NCBI GenBank assembly: GCA_905331295.1
Contig: CAJNYD010000471.1
Coordinates: 1 to 46,414 of the forward strand
Direction of reading: 5' to 3'
From: Rotaria socialis
Taxonomy: Eukaryota
DNA: 46,414 nucleotides
Shown: piece by piece, positions 1 to 11,923 of the stretch
Layout: every line of letters starts with the position of its first letter
Numbering within the stretch: the first letter of the stretch is position 1
Translations under genes and position numbers: made by a program
Notes under the pieces: model-generated
Seen by the model: only the letters and a program-made list of their open reading frames with translations
The model's database searches: none
Told to the model about the DNA's origin: nothing

Positions 1-92
1 CAAAGTCATATAGATCCGACATATATGAGTCTCGTTGTTTTCTTTAGCAGCTGAAAATTGTTTAAAATATTGATATAAATTCACTAATCAAA

Positions 93-249
93 ATGGATCC
101 GGGTGGATTCTGGTGGATTCTGGTGGATTCTATGGGTTCTGGTGGATTATGGTGGATTATGGTGGATTCTATGGATCCTGGTGGAATCTACGGCTCCTGG
201 TGGATTCTAGAATCCATCAGGAGCCACCAGGAGCCGCTTTTCCCCCTTG
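93..249 (-). mobile_element. Partial MITE of the CAAGGGGGAAAAGCG-terminus family with an internal 10-bp tandem repeat
   Basis: About 11 degenerate copies of GGTGGATT(C/A)T at ~95-210, followed by CGCTTTTCCCCCTTG ending at 249. The same terminus is seen at 9702/9812 and 19142. Confidence 0.6.
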
Positions 250-289
250 GATAAAGCACTTAATTTCGTTTTTAAATATTTATCTACAG

Positions 290-1540
290 AGAAAATAACA
301 CAAGATTTACAATCTTTGAAAGAGCAAATAAGAAAAGCACGTGAACAAGATGATTTTTTTGAAAACGATCTTCAAAATTGGATAGCCACATTAGACATAT
401 TAAAGAAAGACTCAACTAATGTGGTAACGTCAAATACCATGGAAGTAGATCAAACATTACCATTGATTTATCAGATTCGAATCGCTGCAATATCTTCGAC
501 GATGAATACGATTGAAGGTAGAAATAAAAGTAGATCTCAATTGCAAGAAGCAAAACCCAGTACAATAAGTTCTAGTGAAGAAAAACATGCACGTGACAAA
601 GGTAATACTTGAAACGATATCGACTGTTTTGTAGTACAGTTAATCAATCATTCTAGTTGATCATACTACTGGTACACACCTTTATTATGTTTACCAGCAG
701 GGAAAAGGATATAAAACTTCGAAAATAAAATATTTTGCCTGTGTAGAAATTTTCAGACCATCATATGAAACTCAATTTTGCTGATCTTCATGAAGAGTTA
801 TCATTACATACTGCAAAATTTATCTTAAAAAAGTCACATTTCTGCAGCGAGGAAGTAATAGCCTGACGTTATATTCATAGTGCATTACGACCTATAAAAC
901 GTACACAGATTAGCTTTGCAAACGATTCGATATTCGCACATACTCTATAATGTACGAACAAAAAAACATTTTCTGAACTGCATCACAGCCTATTTTTCTA
1001 CGAGAAAACATAATATTACAATAGATAAAGGAGGTATGTTCATTTCAAGTTCAATGACCTTAATTGATTCGGTAGTTTCATTGTTTAACTTGCAAGCCCT
1101 TTAGTTATTCGTATGTATGCTGAATCTGGTTTCTATGTATCGATCATTAAAATAAGTCTTTCTCATAGAAATTCTTAAAATCTTGTGTAACATAATATTT
1201 TCATTTAGATATACCACCAAACTCAGTCAATCTAATACCTTCGTGTTTACAATATACAAAGCACGATGGAGTCTACGTGAATCCAAAACCATTATTTGTT
1301 ACAGCTGTTTGGTATTTCTATTCTCCAAAATACAATTCTTGGTTTTGGAAACCGTATAAAAATTATGAAATTTAGATGCCAGTTGATAATCTTACAGTGA
1401 AATCTGGATGTTATAAAGGTCGAAAACCTGTTTTACCAAATATTCAGATTATTGAGTATTTGCAACAATACAATCCTATTCCACCAGATGAAACTCTTTA
1501 TGCCGCTTCACAAGCCGAAAATCGCATTATAAAATTATGA
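290..1540 (+). pseudogene. Last two exons of a coiled-coil protein gene with an in-frame stop in the last exon
   Basis: Exon 290-601 (KITQDLQSLKEQIRKAREQDDFFENDLQNW..., coiled coil) splices in phase (G|gtaata...tttag|AT) to exon 1209-1540 (DIPPNSVNLIPSC...WFWKPYKNYEI*MPVDNL...IIKL*). In-frame TAG at 1373-1375 is followed by 54 further open codons. The 5' part lies upstream of the window. Confidence 0.5.
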
Positions 1541-1615
1541 ATATGAGAATCTTATTAATGGTCAACTAATGAATCAGATTTTTTATCTTTTCTTAAAAAA
1601 AATAAACATACCCTT

Positions 1616-2144
1616 TAGGGGTGCCAATTTACAGTTTATTTAATTTAATTTTAAATTAAATTCTATAAAGTTAAATTTAAATTTTTCTCATACAAAAATC
1701 TATTTCTCAATTTAATAATTTTTTTTAAATTTTAAATTTAAATTTAATAAATTGTTTGGATGGATGCACATCATTGCTACGAGGAAAATACGTGACTTTA
1801 ATAGTAGTAAATACTAAATGAGAGGAAGACCTAGTATTTTAGGTTACTATTTGTTCATAATAGTCAAAATGTCTCTACAGATTATGCAGGATCCGTCATC
1901 TTTCTTCTTCAAAATACTGGGATACTCATAAAGATATATTTAATAGCAAAATTAGTAGAAAAATGACTAGCTTTAACTTTAGAAAACAGGAAACATACTC
2001 AAATTTGACTTTAAATAGTAGCAATCAAGTCAAGAACTATGTTTATCTACTAGTTTTTAAAGTTCAACTAATTTGAATTTCAAAAAATTTTATTTAAATT
2101 TATTTTAAATTTAAATTTTTGAAAATTTAAATGTGACACCCCTA
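1616..2144. mobile_element. hAT-like MITE
   Basis: TIR TAGGGGTG(C/T)CA at both ends; 8-bp TSD ATACCCTT (1608-1615) / ATATCCTT (2145-2152), 7/8 identical; AT-rich subterminal TTTAAAT repeats. Confidence 0.8.
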
Positions 2145-3365
2145 ATATCCTTCAAAAGCATTTTTAATTAAATAATCTAACTTGTGTAACAATTAGATTA
2201 CAGCGAGTTACTATTGAAGTTAATTAGTTATGTATTATAGAATCGATTTATAAACAAGATTTCTCATCACACATAGCTTTCGTTCATTTTACAATAATCT
2301 TCTTTGTATAGAAATTAATTCTTCGCTTGCTGAATCTCTATCTCTACTTAGTTTTTGTATAATAGTTCAGTTCATAATATGAAATACCTGTCAGTACACC
2401 TTAGTAGAAAAGAAAATACATTCATCCAAATTACTGATCAATATTTACCGACAATAAAATGATTGACCAGTTAATTATTTCGTTTAATTAGTCTCAAAAT
2501 TTTAATACGATTTAAGCGAGAATATATTATTTATCGTGCATAAGAAATTCAATTTACGCCTTTTTTTAACTTTATAATATTTACTCTTTAATTGTGAAAG
2601 ATTATTTTTATGCTTCTTAAAATCTATGTACTAACCTGGATAACTCATTGTAAAACATATATTCAAATTTCCAGCTATTTTGATTCTTTCACTGGTTCAC
2701 GAGTGATTACAGATAATAGATCAAGATAGACGCATTGATAGATACACAATTCAGAGCTTTGAAAAGTACTAGAGAGATTATATACGTATAATCGATGTAA
2801 CGTGAAAAAAAAGTTAAAAATAACTGACTACAATCTTTAATAAAATGTTGTATAGGTTCCTTTGTTTTTATGCACAACCTAAGCAAGAAGAAAGAAACTA
2901 AAAATAAAATCTACATGTATACCATTTTACATCCGTAGTAAACACAAGAGCAACGAGATAGAATCCAAAAAAAATCAAATTGTCGATTGACAAACCAGTG
3001 TTATTTGATGTCTTAATTATATTGTAGCTACTTCTGAATAATTTATTTTTACTTTTCTTCTTTTTCTAGATGCAATTATAGACGAATAATATTAATCGTA
3101 AAATATTACTACAGTGGGACATAGAAAATTATCTTTTTCATTTCATACTTTTTTGTGACTTTCGTTATAATTGTGCATCTTTGTTTTGTTTCTATATCAG
3201 TAGATGTGTTGTGAAGAAGAAGATTGTAACATGAAGAACGCAAAATGAAGTGCTAGAAACCTTCTACATGCACGTCTCTCATCAAATTTGTTCTATATTG
3301 CCTATCAGTTTCTATTTGTTTTGATTCTTTTTTTTTCTCCGCTGAAGGTTTTATCAGTTGTATTG

Positions 3366-4991
3366 ATGACAGCTTCATTGATTCAACAAATACTTGAAAT
3401 TCGAGATGCATCGGTTCCTAAGAACAGCCTACTTGGAGATTCTATGCCTGATGCATCTATTCTAGATGTAAGCAATATTCCACGTCAATGCGGACTATTA
3501 TCAAACGATGAAATTAATATTACTGAAAATTATACAGCTACTCAACTTGTAACTCTATTAGCTCAAGGTCAATTGACAGCTGAACAGATCATTAGAGCTT
3601 ATATAAAACGAAGTGGTATTGCGCATCAATTGACGAATTGCGTTATTGAGTTTCTTGATGAAGAAGCGATCAATCGAGCTATATATCTGGATCGAGAATT
3701 TAAAAGACGAGGAGGACCCATAGGTCCGCTTCATGGTTTACCTATCTCTGTTAAACATATGGTGACTATGCGTAATCGACGAACTAATGCAGGATGGATG
3801 AAATGGATTGATAGAATTGGTGAAGATGATGCTCTCATTTTGAAGATTCTCTATGAAGCAGGTGCCATCTTCTATGTTCGTACTACTGAGCCACAAAGTT
3901 TGATGCAATTGGAATGTAACAGTCCAATATATGGTATTACTGTCAATCCATTCAATCGAAACCTTACTAGCGGTGGAAGTACAGGTGGTGAGGGTGCTTT
4001 ACTTGGTCTGAAAGGTAGTGCGATGGGAATAGGAACTGATATAGGCGGAAGTATACGTTCTCCAGCTGCTAATAATGGGCTATATGGATTGAAACCAACC
4101 ACTTTTCGATTGCCAAGGCAAGGCTTAAAAGGAACACAAGCAGGACGAGAAAGTATTGTCGGTGTAATCGGTCCGCTTGTTCGAGCAAGAGAAGATATTC
4201 ATTTATTCATGAAAACAATACTTGATACTGAGCCATGGTTGAGAGATCCATCGCTTGTACCAATTCCTTGGCGATCAATTGCATTGCATGCAACAGATTT
4301 TACAGTCGCAGTCATGTGGGATGACAACGTCGTACATCCTCATCCACCAATTATTCGAGCCCTTAACGAAACTGTAGAGCATTTGAAAAATTTTGGTATT
4401 AGAATTGTTGACTGGGAACCAATGGATCATCAGAAAAGTTGGGACTTAACTAGTGCATTGTATTACTGCAATGGAGCTGAAGAAGAACGAAATATGATGG
4501 CAGAAGTAAATGAGCGACCTCTACCATTAACAGAATGGATTCTTAGTCAACCACAAGTGATGAAAAGAAACTGGGCAGAAATGAATGAGCTCATCACAGA
4601 AAGGGAAAACTATCGTAATCACTATGCACGTATATGGAATGAGCGAGAAATTTCTTTGAATTGCTCTATCGATTGTCTTCTAACACCGGTCGGTCCATCG
4701 GCAGCACCACAACATGGTACAGCCAAATGGTGGGGCTATACATCCATATGGAATCTTCTTGACTATCCAGCTGCTGTTTTTCCTGTTACAACTGTGGATC
4801 TTATGAAAGATAAAGTAGCCATTGATTATAAACCTCGAAATGCACTTGATGAAGAGAATTTTAAATTGTACACATCAGCAGATTCATACTCTAATGCTCC
4901 TATTGGATTGCAAGTTGTTTGCCGACGATACAACGATGAAAAACTGATGAAATGTCTTGAAATCATTGAACGAGCAATGGGAAGACCATAA
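3366..4991 (+). CDS. Amidase-signature family enzyme (fungal acetamidase/general amidase-like), intronless, ~541 aa
   Basis: GPLHGLPISVK (catalytic Lys), GGSTGGEGAL and GTDIGGSIRSPA (Ser-cisSer-Lys triad motifs), YTSIWNLLDYPA and PIGLQVV. First ATG in the ORF is 3366. Confidence 0.93.
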   Translation: MTASLIQQILEIRDASVPKNSLLGDSMPDASILDVSNIPRQCGLLSNDEINITENYTATQLVTLLAQGQLTAEQIIRAYIKRSGIAHQLTNCVIEFLDEEAINRAIYLDREFKRRGGPIGPLHGLPISVKHMVTMRNRRTNAGWMKWIDRIGEDDALILKILYEAGAIFYVRTTEPQSLMQLECNSPIYGITVNPFNRNLTSGGSTGGEGALLGLKGSAMGIGTDIGGSIRSPAANNGLYGLKPTTFRLPRQGLKGTQAGRESIVGVIGPLVRAREDIHLFMKTILDTEPWLRDPSLVPIPWRSIALHATDFTVAVMWDDNVVHPHPPIIRALNETVEHLKNFGIRIVDWEPMDHQKSWDLTSALYYCNGAEEERNMMAEVNERPLPLTEWILSQPQVMKRNWAEMNELITERENYRNHYARIWNEREISLNCSIDCLLTPVGPSAAPQHGTAKWWGYTSIWNLLDYPAAVFPVTTVDLMKDKVAIDYKPRNALDEENFKLYTSADSYSNAPIGLQVVCRRYNDEKLMKCLEIIERAMGRP

Positions 4992-5622
4992 TTGCAAAGG
5001 AAACAACTTTAAACTTGCTTGTTCATTTGATTTTTCTCTATTAAAAAGATATATGATTAGTAAAGGAGATTGAAATCATTTTCAATAAAAGCCGATTAAA
5101 GAATTCTATATAATTGAAATAGCAATTAGAATAGTTGAATCAAATTAAGAAATTTGGTTTTTATTTGCTTCGAAAAATAAGATATCCTTATAATCACTTA
5201 TGTAGAGAATCAATATTATAGAAAGTCTGCCGATATATACGTTATTGACATATCGCATTCATAGCAGCTTCTCGCTTATTTTCGATTCATTACTCATTGA
5301 TCCTAAAAACAAAAAATTGAGTGTAGTAAAAACAAGATTGACGTCATTTTTTGTGTTCTTCAACATTTTATTTAGTATATTTACATGTAGACATAAATAG
5401 CACAATATCATCGTTAGAACGAAATATATATTTATTACTCATTTCAATGTGTTTGAGAACAGAACTTCTAGCCACGTTTTCATTGGTGATAGCATTCTAT
5501 AATTAGACGACGAAAAGAAAAAGCAAATAAATGTGTTGGTAATATGATAAGCTAGCTGAATCCTTTTTCAAGTATAAATTCTTTCAGTTTTATCTCATTT
5601 TCATACACTGCTATATCGGTAA

Positions 5623-6442
5623 ATGTCAAATTTTACTATGCTTATAGTCTATATCTTATCCTTTGTGACTCTGTTTAATCCTTCAGTTGGATATTCACAA
5701 CGTACTTTTGCTAGTGATTTTCGTGCTCCGGAACCACCGGCTACAGTTGTTGCCGAATATCAAGCTTCATATATACAACATAAATGGGATGGAACAGGCA
5801 TTTCACATATTGGAAGTGGAATGATATATGCTAGTCTTGCTTTTGGACGTCTTCGAATGGATATAACATATGAAAGTAATATTGCAAGTTCACTCTTCGA
5901 TTATGCCCATCAGAATATTGATGGCACGGTTCCAAATTATATGTAAGTGATGGTAAAACGAAATTTAAAAATTAAATTTAGACTTTTTATATTGTTTAGT
6001 TATACGTTTTCACCAACAACCGCTGCGGCAGGAGCATGTGCCTATTACAATGTTACACCAGCTTATCCTTTATTTCCACCAAATGTTCTCGTTGAATACG
6101 GTGCTACTTTTGGTGGTCTTGTTAATGATGACCTTTTCTATGCTAATCAAGGACCATTACAAGCATGGGATCTTTTATTTGGTACATCAACTAGTGTTAC
6201 AGTGTTTCTCGATAGAAACAATACGGTAGTAAGGTAAGAATTTCAATTCAATCGTAGATCCTTAACTTGTATATGTGTGCTATAGAATGGATTTTTCATC
6301 ACCTTCACGTAGTACGTTTACAACAACACGTCTATTTAATATTAGTCCTGGCTCACCGGCTACGAATCTTTTTGAAAATCCATGTCCTACAAAATCACCA
6401 ACTTCAACGCCAGTTTCTTCAGGTGGTACTCGTATTCTATAA
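5623..6442 (+). CDS. Secreted 236-aa protein of unknown function, 3 exons (5623-5942, 6000-6233, 6286-6442)
   Basis: N-terminal hydrophobic signal peptide. Two GT-AG introns (57 and 52 nt) join in frame (711 nt). Core YQASYIQHKW...SHIGSGMIY...GRLRMD...ASSLFDY, with a C-terminal Cys and S/T/P-rich tail. Confidence 0.85.
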
Positions 6443-8080
6443 GACTAATAAAATGCGATAGATTCATCATAGAGACTTGCGCGTTATTAGTTTTACAAAT
6501 AAATGATATTATGAATCTCTTATATTTTACTAGCTTAGATAGACCTTTCCCTCTCAATATTTTGTCTCATTTAAGCGAATGATTTTTTAACATATTGGCT
6601 CGAATTATAGCAAAAGTTCTAGATTTTTCTATTTTTCTTTCTTTTTCTTATTGAAATACAGAATATATTGAATGAAAAGCCACACTAAAGATTAATCCTT
6701 TCTGATATTCAACTAAATACTGTTTACTATTTGGATTTATGTTTTATTTTTCCTTGAAAGTATTTATCTACATGTGACATTTATCTATTTTGTTTTGTTT
6801 AATACTTCCAAAACTAAACATATTATCTGAAATTGTTTTTACCATTGATTTTTAATGCGTATAAGAACATTCTGAATGGTTGACAAATATCCTGATATGC
6901 CTCTACCAAATGTAGTTATCTCAATATTGTACATGCAGTTTTTTGTTACTTAATATTAATAAAGTTTCAGTTTATTCTTCTTCGAATATTGGACTCGTGA
7001 GAGGAGAATCTCTTGGTTGATTATCTATTTGACTTTTTTTTATGTCTGTGCGCACCAACTATAATATGATCACATCCCATTTAATTAATATCACTCAGTA
7101 GTTTAGTTATCATCGTAAGTTATTTGTTAGTGCCAGTTTTTTGATATTGCTAGAACTATAAACTCGATCGGCAACGATTTTACTTATGTATATATATATA
7201 TATGTTTTTTTAATAAGCATGCTTTGTTAAAAAGAAGTTGATACTTCTCATTCTCGTCCAAGCATTTACAAGGCTACTTGAATTGCTACAATCTATTGGT
7301 CTTTAACATAAATTTCAGTAGATAGCTGAAAACTTAACGGAAGATTTGAATAGATAGCAGTGTACTTCTGCAACATCGAATTATATGACTGGCCGCGATA
7401 TTGGATCTAGCGAATTTTGCTTCGGTACATGCGAAGCTTAAATCAAATAATTTCAAACAAAATAGAAGTTTTACTGTTTCAGCAGTCAATTCAAAATTTC
7501 AGTCGAAATCTTCGAATATCAGTAATAGAAAAAATCGACTGTTCATAAAAATAAAAGTCTTTATTGGAGTTAAGCGTCATCTCTGATGCAGTCAACTGAT
7601 AACTTTGTATTTCAATCAAACGGTCGTCTGAGCAGAAAAAATACAACAAACCTAATTAATGAGAAACTAAGATATTCCGTATGAAGAAGAAAATTATATT
7701 CGTAAATCTTATTACAGCGATTCATGATATGTGAGTAATAATAATAAGGGATCTCTTATACACGTATATGAAAAAATAGCAGCGGCCACTAACACTAATA
7801 ACTACTTCGTTCTAACTGCTTCAAAATTTTCACAGCACCAGCGAATATTTTCACAAGAATTCAATAGTGTGCATTAAATTTATCTTGATCTTCTTCATAG
7901 GCGTTTTTTATCAAATACTAAGCGAACACTTTTCATTCAATAATCAAATTCGAACCTCGCATAAGAGTTTTCTCAACGAACACATAACGACAATGAATCG
8001 ATATATGATCCGTCAAATTCTCTGAACTTTGCTATTTCAAATTTGCATTTTCTACACAAGAGAATAGAGACATTCAGTTA

Positions 8081-8612
8081 ATTCCCTAGACTGAAAGGAT
8101 AGGGTCTAGACACCTTAATTCACCTGTGTCTGTCTGTAACAATGATACAAACGACTATTTCTGTGGCACGAATGACCATTGTTATGAAACAAAGAGCATT
8201 GCTACGGCACAAACCATGGGGGATGCATGGCATGATCACGTGAAGCAGTCCGTTCTGGAGATGGAGTCAATAGAGGGGACTAACTGATCCACCTACGGAA
8301 CTTTGAGTTAACCATCACGAAATTTCTGAATCATGCATGTGTGTGGCTAGATAAGACTCAACCTCTCCTACGCCTTGAGGAGCTTTGAGTCCCATTCTGT
8401 ACGTCTTTCGTCTTCACTTTTAGTGTTTTTACTTGAAACCTTTAATTTTCATCTAATTCTTACATCAGTTTCACTTAATCCCTTTCCCTTTGCAGGCTTG
8501 TTTGAAAATATCATCGCCAGCTGCTGACACAAACAACCGAGTTTTTGTCCTGTCCAACGATTTCTTCTCCTCAGCACTGTCAGTCTAGGGCCCAGTGAAT
8601 CCACTTTCTATG
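8081..8612 (+). mobile_element. Helentron-associated non-autonomous element (HINE/DINE-1-like)
   Basis: 5' subTIR CCCTAGACTG (8084-8093) with a nearby short IR (GTCTAG ~8104), a GTCTGTCTGT microsatellite (~8128-8137), a 3' subTIR CAGTCTAGGG (8581-8590), then the hairpin AGTG-AATC-CACT (8594-8605) and a T-rich end. Confidence 0.6.
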
Positions 8613-9027
8613 AACGTTACTTGCTATTTCTTGTTGAAAATATTATGAAATTCGGCATCGATACTATTTAAGGTTTCCATGCTAATTCTTTCACTCCACT
8701 CCATGATTCATTGGAAACAAGCCCAAACCGGAAATCCAACACAATTATCATTTCACAATAAAGTACGACGATCATCGACGCAGGCCATTAACAAGAACTA
8801 ATAGCTATCGTCGTCTGCTGCAGAACCTCTACTCCATTCATTAGCAACAACAACGCCAACTACATTGCATAGTTTATTCAAACATGAAAAACAAACTCGA
8901 TACCTAGCAACAAAGCAGATGGTCAGAATGATCTCGCAAAAAATTAAAAAAACAGAAAATTCATACAAAGATGTGTACATACTTATACCGGTCTATTACT
9001 CAACGATTCACCGGCAATTTTACCCAA

Positions 9028-9599
9028 TCATTCCTTGTTTTTTCCTGAATTCGAATGTTTCTCCTTATTCTTAGCTTCCTTCTCTCGCTTCTTTGCTTCT
9101 TTACGCTGTTTCTCAGCATCCTTGTCATTCTTTCCACCTTTCCCGCTGGAATCCATGACACCAGATTCGATGCTGTCATGCCGTTCACCAGAACCATATC
9201 CGCTCCATTTCCCCTTCTCTTCTTATTCAGCAGAGCCAGATCCATTGGTTTCTTCCTTCTCTTCTTGTTCGGTGGATTCTTTGCTTCCTTCACGGTGAGT
9301 CGATTCGCTAGAGTCAAATCCTTCACCACTGTCTGATGATTCACTATTGTTTTCACTGCTATCGACCACTGATGATCGTGAGCTAGTTTGCGTGGTCTCT
9401 GCCGTTGCGGTTACGGTCGGTTCAACGGGCCTATCAAATTGGAAAAGTGGTGGAATATGTTTAGTTGGAGAAACTAAAAATTTGATATTCCCTTACTCCG
9501 GCGATGAGGTGGTAGATTCTGGTACTTGACATTCGTTTGGCTTTTGTGTAGTGGTGTTTCTGTTTCTTTTGTTGTTTTCTCGTATTCGCTCACTTTGTT
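9028..9599 (-). pseudogene. Degenerate low-complexity (S/T/E/K-rich) protein-coding segment
   Basis: One minus frame reads ...PESTTSSPE*GNIKF...TATAETTQTSSRSSVDSSENNSESSDSGEG...NGSGSAE*EEKGK...DAEKQRKEAKKREKEAKNKEK...* with in-frame TAA at 9493-9495 and 9223-9225. Confidence 0.4.
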
Positions 9600-9701
9600 C
9601 AGAAAATTATACAGTAGAGCAATATCAAAATTAAGAACGAGTTAATAAGTAATTCCGTTGGTTTCTTTGTCGATGATTGTGGCTTGGAAGGGTAGCGGTG
9701 T

Positions 9702-9812
9702 CAAGGGGGAAAAGCGTATTTCTGTATTTCTATCTATTTCGAAATACTTTCTGTGTATTTCTATGTATTTTCATGTATTTCAGAAATACAGAAATACGCT
9801 TTTTCCCCCTTG
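9702..9812. mobile_element. 111-bp MITE with CAAGGGGGAAAAGCGTATTTCTGTATTTC TIRs
   Basis: About 29-bp TIRs (one indel in the A-run); internal TGTATTTC repeats; no clear TSD; related copy at 19062-19142. Confidence 0.75.
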
Positions 9813-10690
9813 CACCATCCACAACAGTATCATACGTGAATATGAGTTCAGAAGGAGTCTTTATATTGGGCAACTATAGATAGATAGAATTTGTTTTTCA
9901 TTTGTTGATGTTCTTCATACATATTTTCAATACGGCTATCACAGAAGTTGCTGGTTTAATATGAAGTTATTTCAATAACAGATTGAAAATTTTTAACGCG
10001 AAAGAGAATATGGTGGCTGTTTTAATGATTAAAATTGATTTTCTGTTAGAGGTGGCTTGTATTCTAAGAGATTGATTTCACAGACATATGTAACTGATTC
10101 ATGAAATTTATAAAAAAAAACCTATCCGACATATCCTAATACGACTAATATTTTAGAGTCAATAATCACACAGTAGCACAAAGAGAAAATTCGAAAAATT
10201 CCTTCACTGTACCGCGGTGTATATTCTCCACGCCGCGGTGCATCAGATACAATTAAAACCGCGATTTCTTTCTTCCTGTAACATTCTTTGTTACTATATG
10301 TGCAAAGACCAAAATGATGTCGTGCGCTAAAATTATCGCTCAAGTTCAACAAAATAATTACCAGTACAACCTTGTGAACTATTAGTGTGCGTGCTTTGTG
10401 GAAGACTTGAGAGGCGAGCAGCGATGCCTGGGAGAACAGATCGCATATGTAACATGTGTTATTCCTCCCTCTGAGGATATGTTTAGCACTTTGACTGTTA
10501 CTTCCACGAAGTAGCAACTGAACACCCGCGCGAACGAGAGTTTCGGTCGCCATGTGTGCTCGAACATCTTATAGTGGAGGATCAAAATGGAAGATTGTTA
10601 TTAGGTTGCAATTACTTTAAAACTTTGATAAATATTAACCGGCAAACACCACGTTTTGTAAGAAGTTGTGACTCTCAGTGGTTTCATTTC

Positions 10691-10807
10691 ACCGCGAAAG
10701 TCAGACCGTTTATTCGGTTTTTGGAAACCGGTGCTAACCGTCTAATTTTGAAAACCGCGGTTATCGACGTTTTTGAAAAACCTAATAAAATGTTTGACTT
10801 TCACGGT
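10691..10807. repeat. Imperfect inverted repeat, probable old MITE
   Basis: ACCGCGAAAGTCAGACCGTTTATTCGGTTTTTGGAAAC versus the reverse complement of the right arm, ACCGTGAAAGTCAAACATTTTATTAGGTTTTTCAAAAAC. Confidence 0.55.
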
Positions 10808-11923
10808 TTGCTAATACCTTTATGAACCTCGGTATGAAAAATGTCACTCTGAAGCGATTTTCAATGAAAATGTTTTTCGTGGGTACTCCCAGCGATGATT
10901 GTATGACGGGTGAATCCGTCACAGAGAATAAATAAGTCGGACCTCATTCAGCATGACAAAAAAAAAGAACTACTCAGGATGTCATGTAAGATATCGATAA
11001 AAAGTTACAAAGAATTTTCTTTTATTACAAAGGAGAGCAAGTCGATTCTAAGTGTGTTGATCCGTGATATGAAAGTTTTTCCATCTTTATCTTTCTCTTT
11101 GAAAATGATCGAAACTATTTACATTCAAATATGTTCAAAAATAAATTTAACCTTTAAGTTTGTTTAATGCATAAGCAAACTTGTCGACTGATTCAAGTTA
11201 ATAATTTATCTAAATTATCATTCATATCTATCAAAATAGGTTTTTAACACTGAATTTTTGTTTTAAATCAAGTCAATGATTTTAACATTTACTTCCACAG
11301 AAATTCAATATAGAATCAGGAAGATTTCCATCAACATTTACGTTAAAATTCTTCTAACCGAAATCGAAAACATCAAATGAATTAGTTGAAAATATAGCAA
11401 AGAGGTAATAGGTCTGCACATTAAAGCATCGATCTGAATTAAACTAGATTCGTCTAAACATCATCAAGAATTATATTGATGATAGTTACTCAAAGAAGCA
11501 TCATTTTCAAGGATGTCGAATAATGAAAATAGAAGAATTTTTCATGTTACACAGCAAATGTATCAATATTCCAATGAAAAACGTTCCGATAAAAATTGCT
11601 TTTTTTCAACAAGTTTTTTATCAGATGGATTGATAGTAGTCACGAACCTTTCATCTGAAGTAATTAACATCATAATGGATCTTATATATATGTATATATA
11701 TATATATATTCCAGGAAAAATGTCAAGTACTTTGTCTTACTAAAGTACAAGTAAATGAACAATTCTACTTGTGAAACAACAAGTAAAAATGAAAATACAT
11801 TTGTTTATGTAGATGTAAAACTACCAGTCAATTTTTACAATTACAATTACAATACGATTACTTGCTGTACTTGTACTAGTCCTAACTATTATTCTATGTT
11901 GTACATTAAACACGAGTATCAAC

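Noticed and set aside
95..210. Tandem GGTGGATTCT repeats as a CRISPR array or telomere
   Set aside because: No unique spacers, no cas genes, eukaryotic context; the unit is not a telomere hexamer and abuts a MITE terminus.
113..298. 61-aa ORF rich in W/G/F
   Set aside because: It is the translation of the 10-bp tandem repeat within a MITE.
3288..3365. N-terminal hydrophobic extension of the amidase ORF
   Set aside because: It starts at TTG in T-rich sequence; the first ATG at 3366 fits the expected amidase N-terminus.
10122..10585. ORFs of 143 and 67 aa in a GC-richer patch
   Set aside because: No recognisable motif or splice structure; probably repeat-derived or non-coding.
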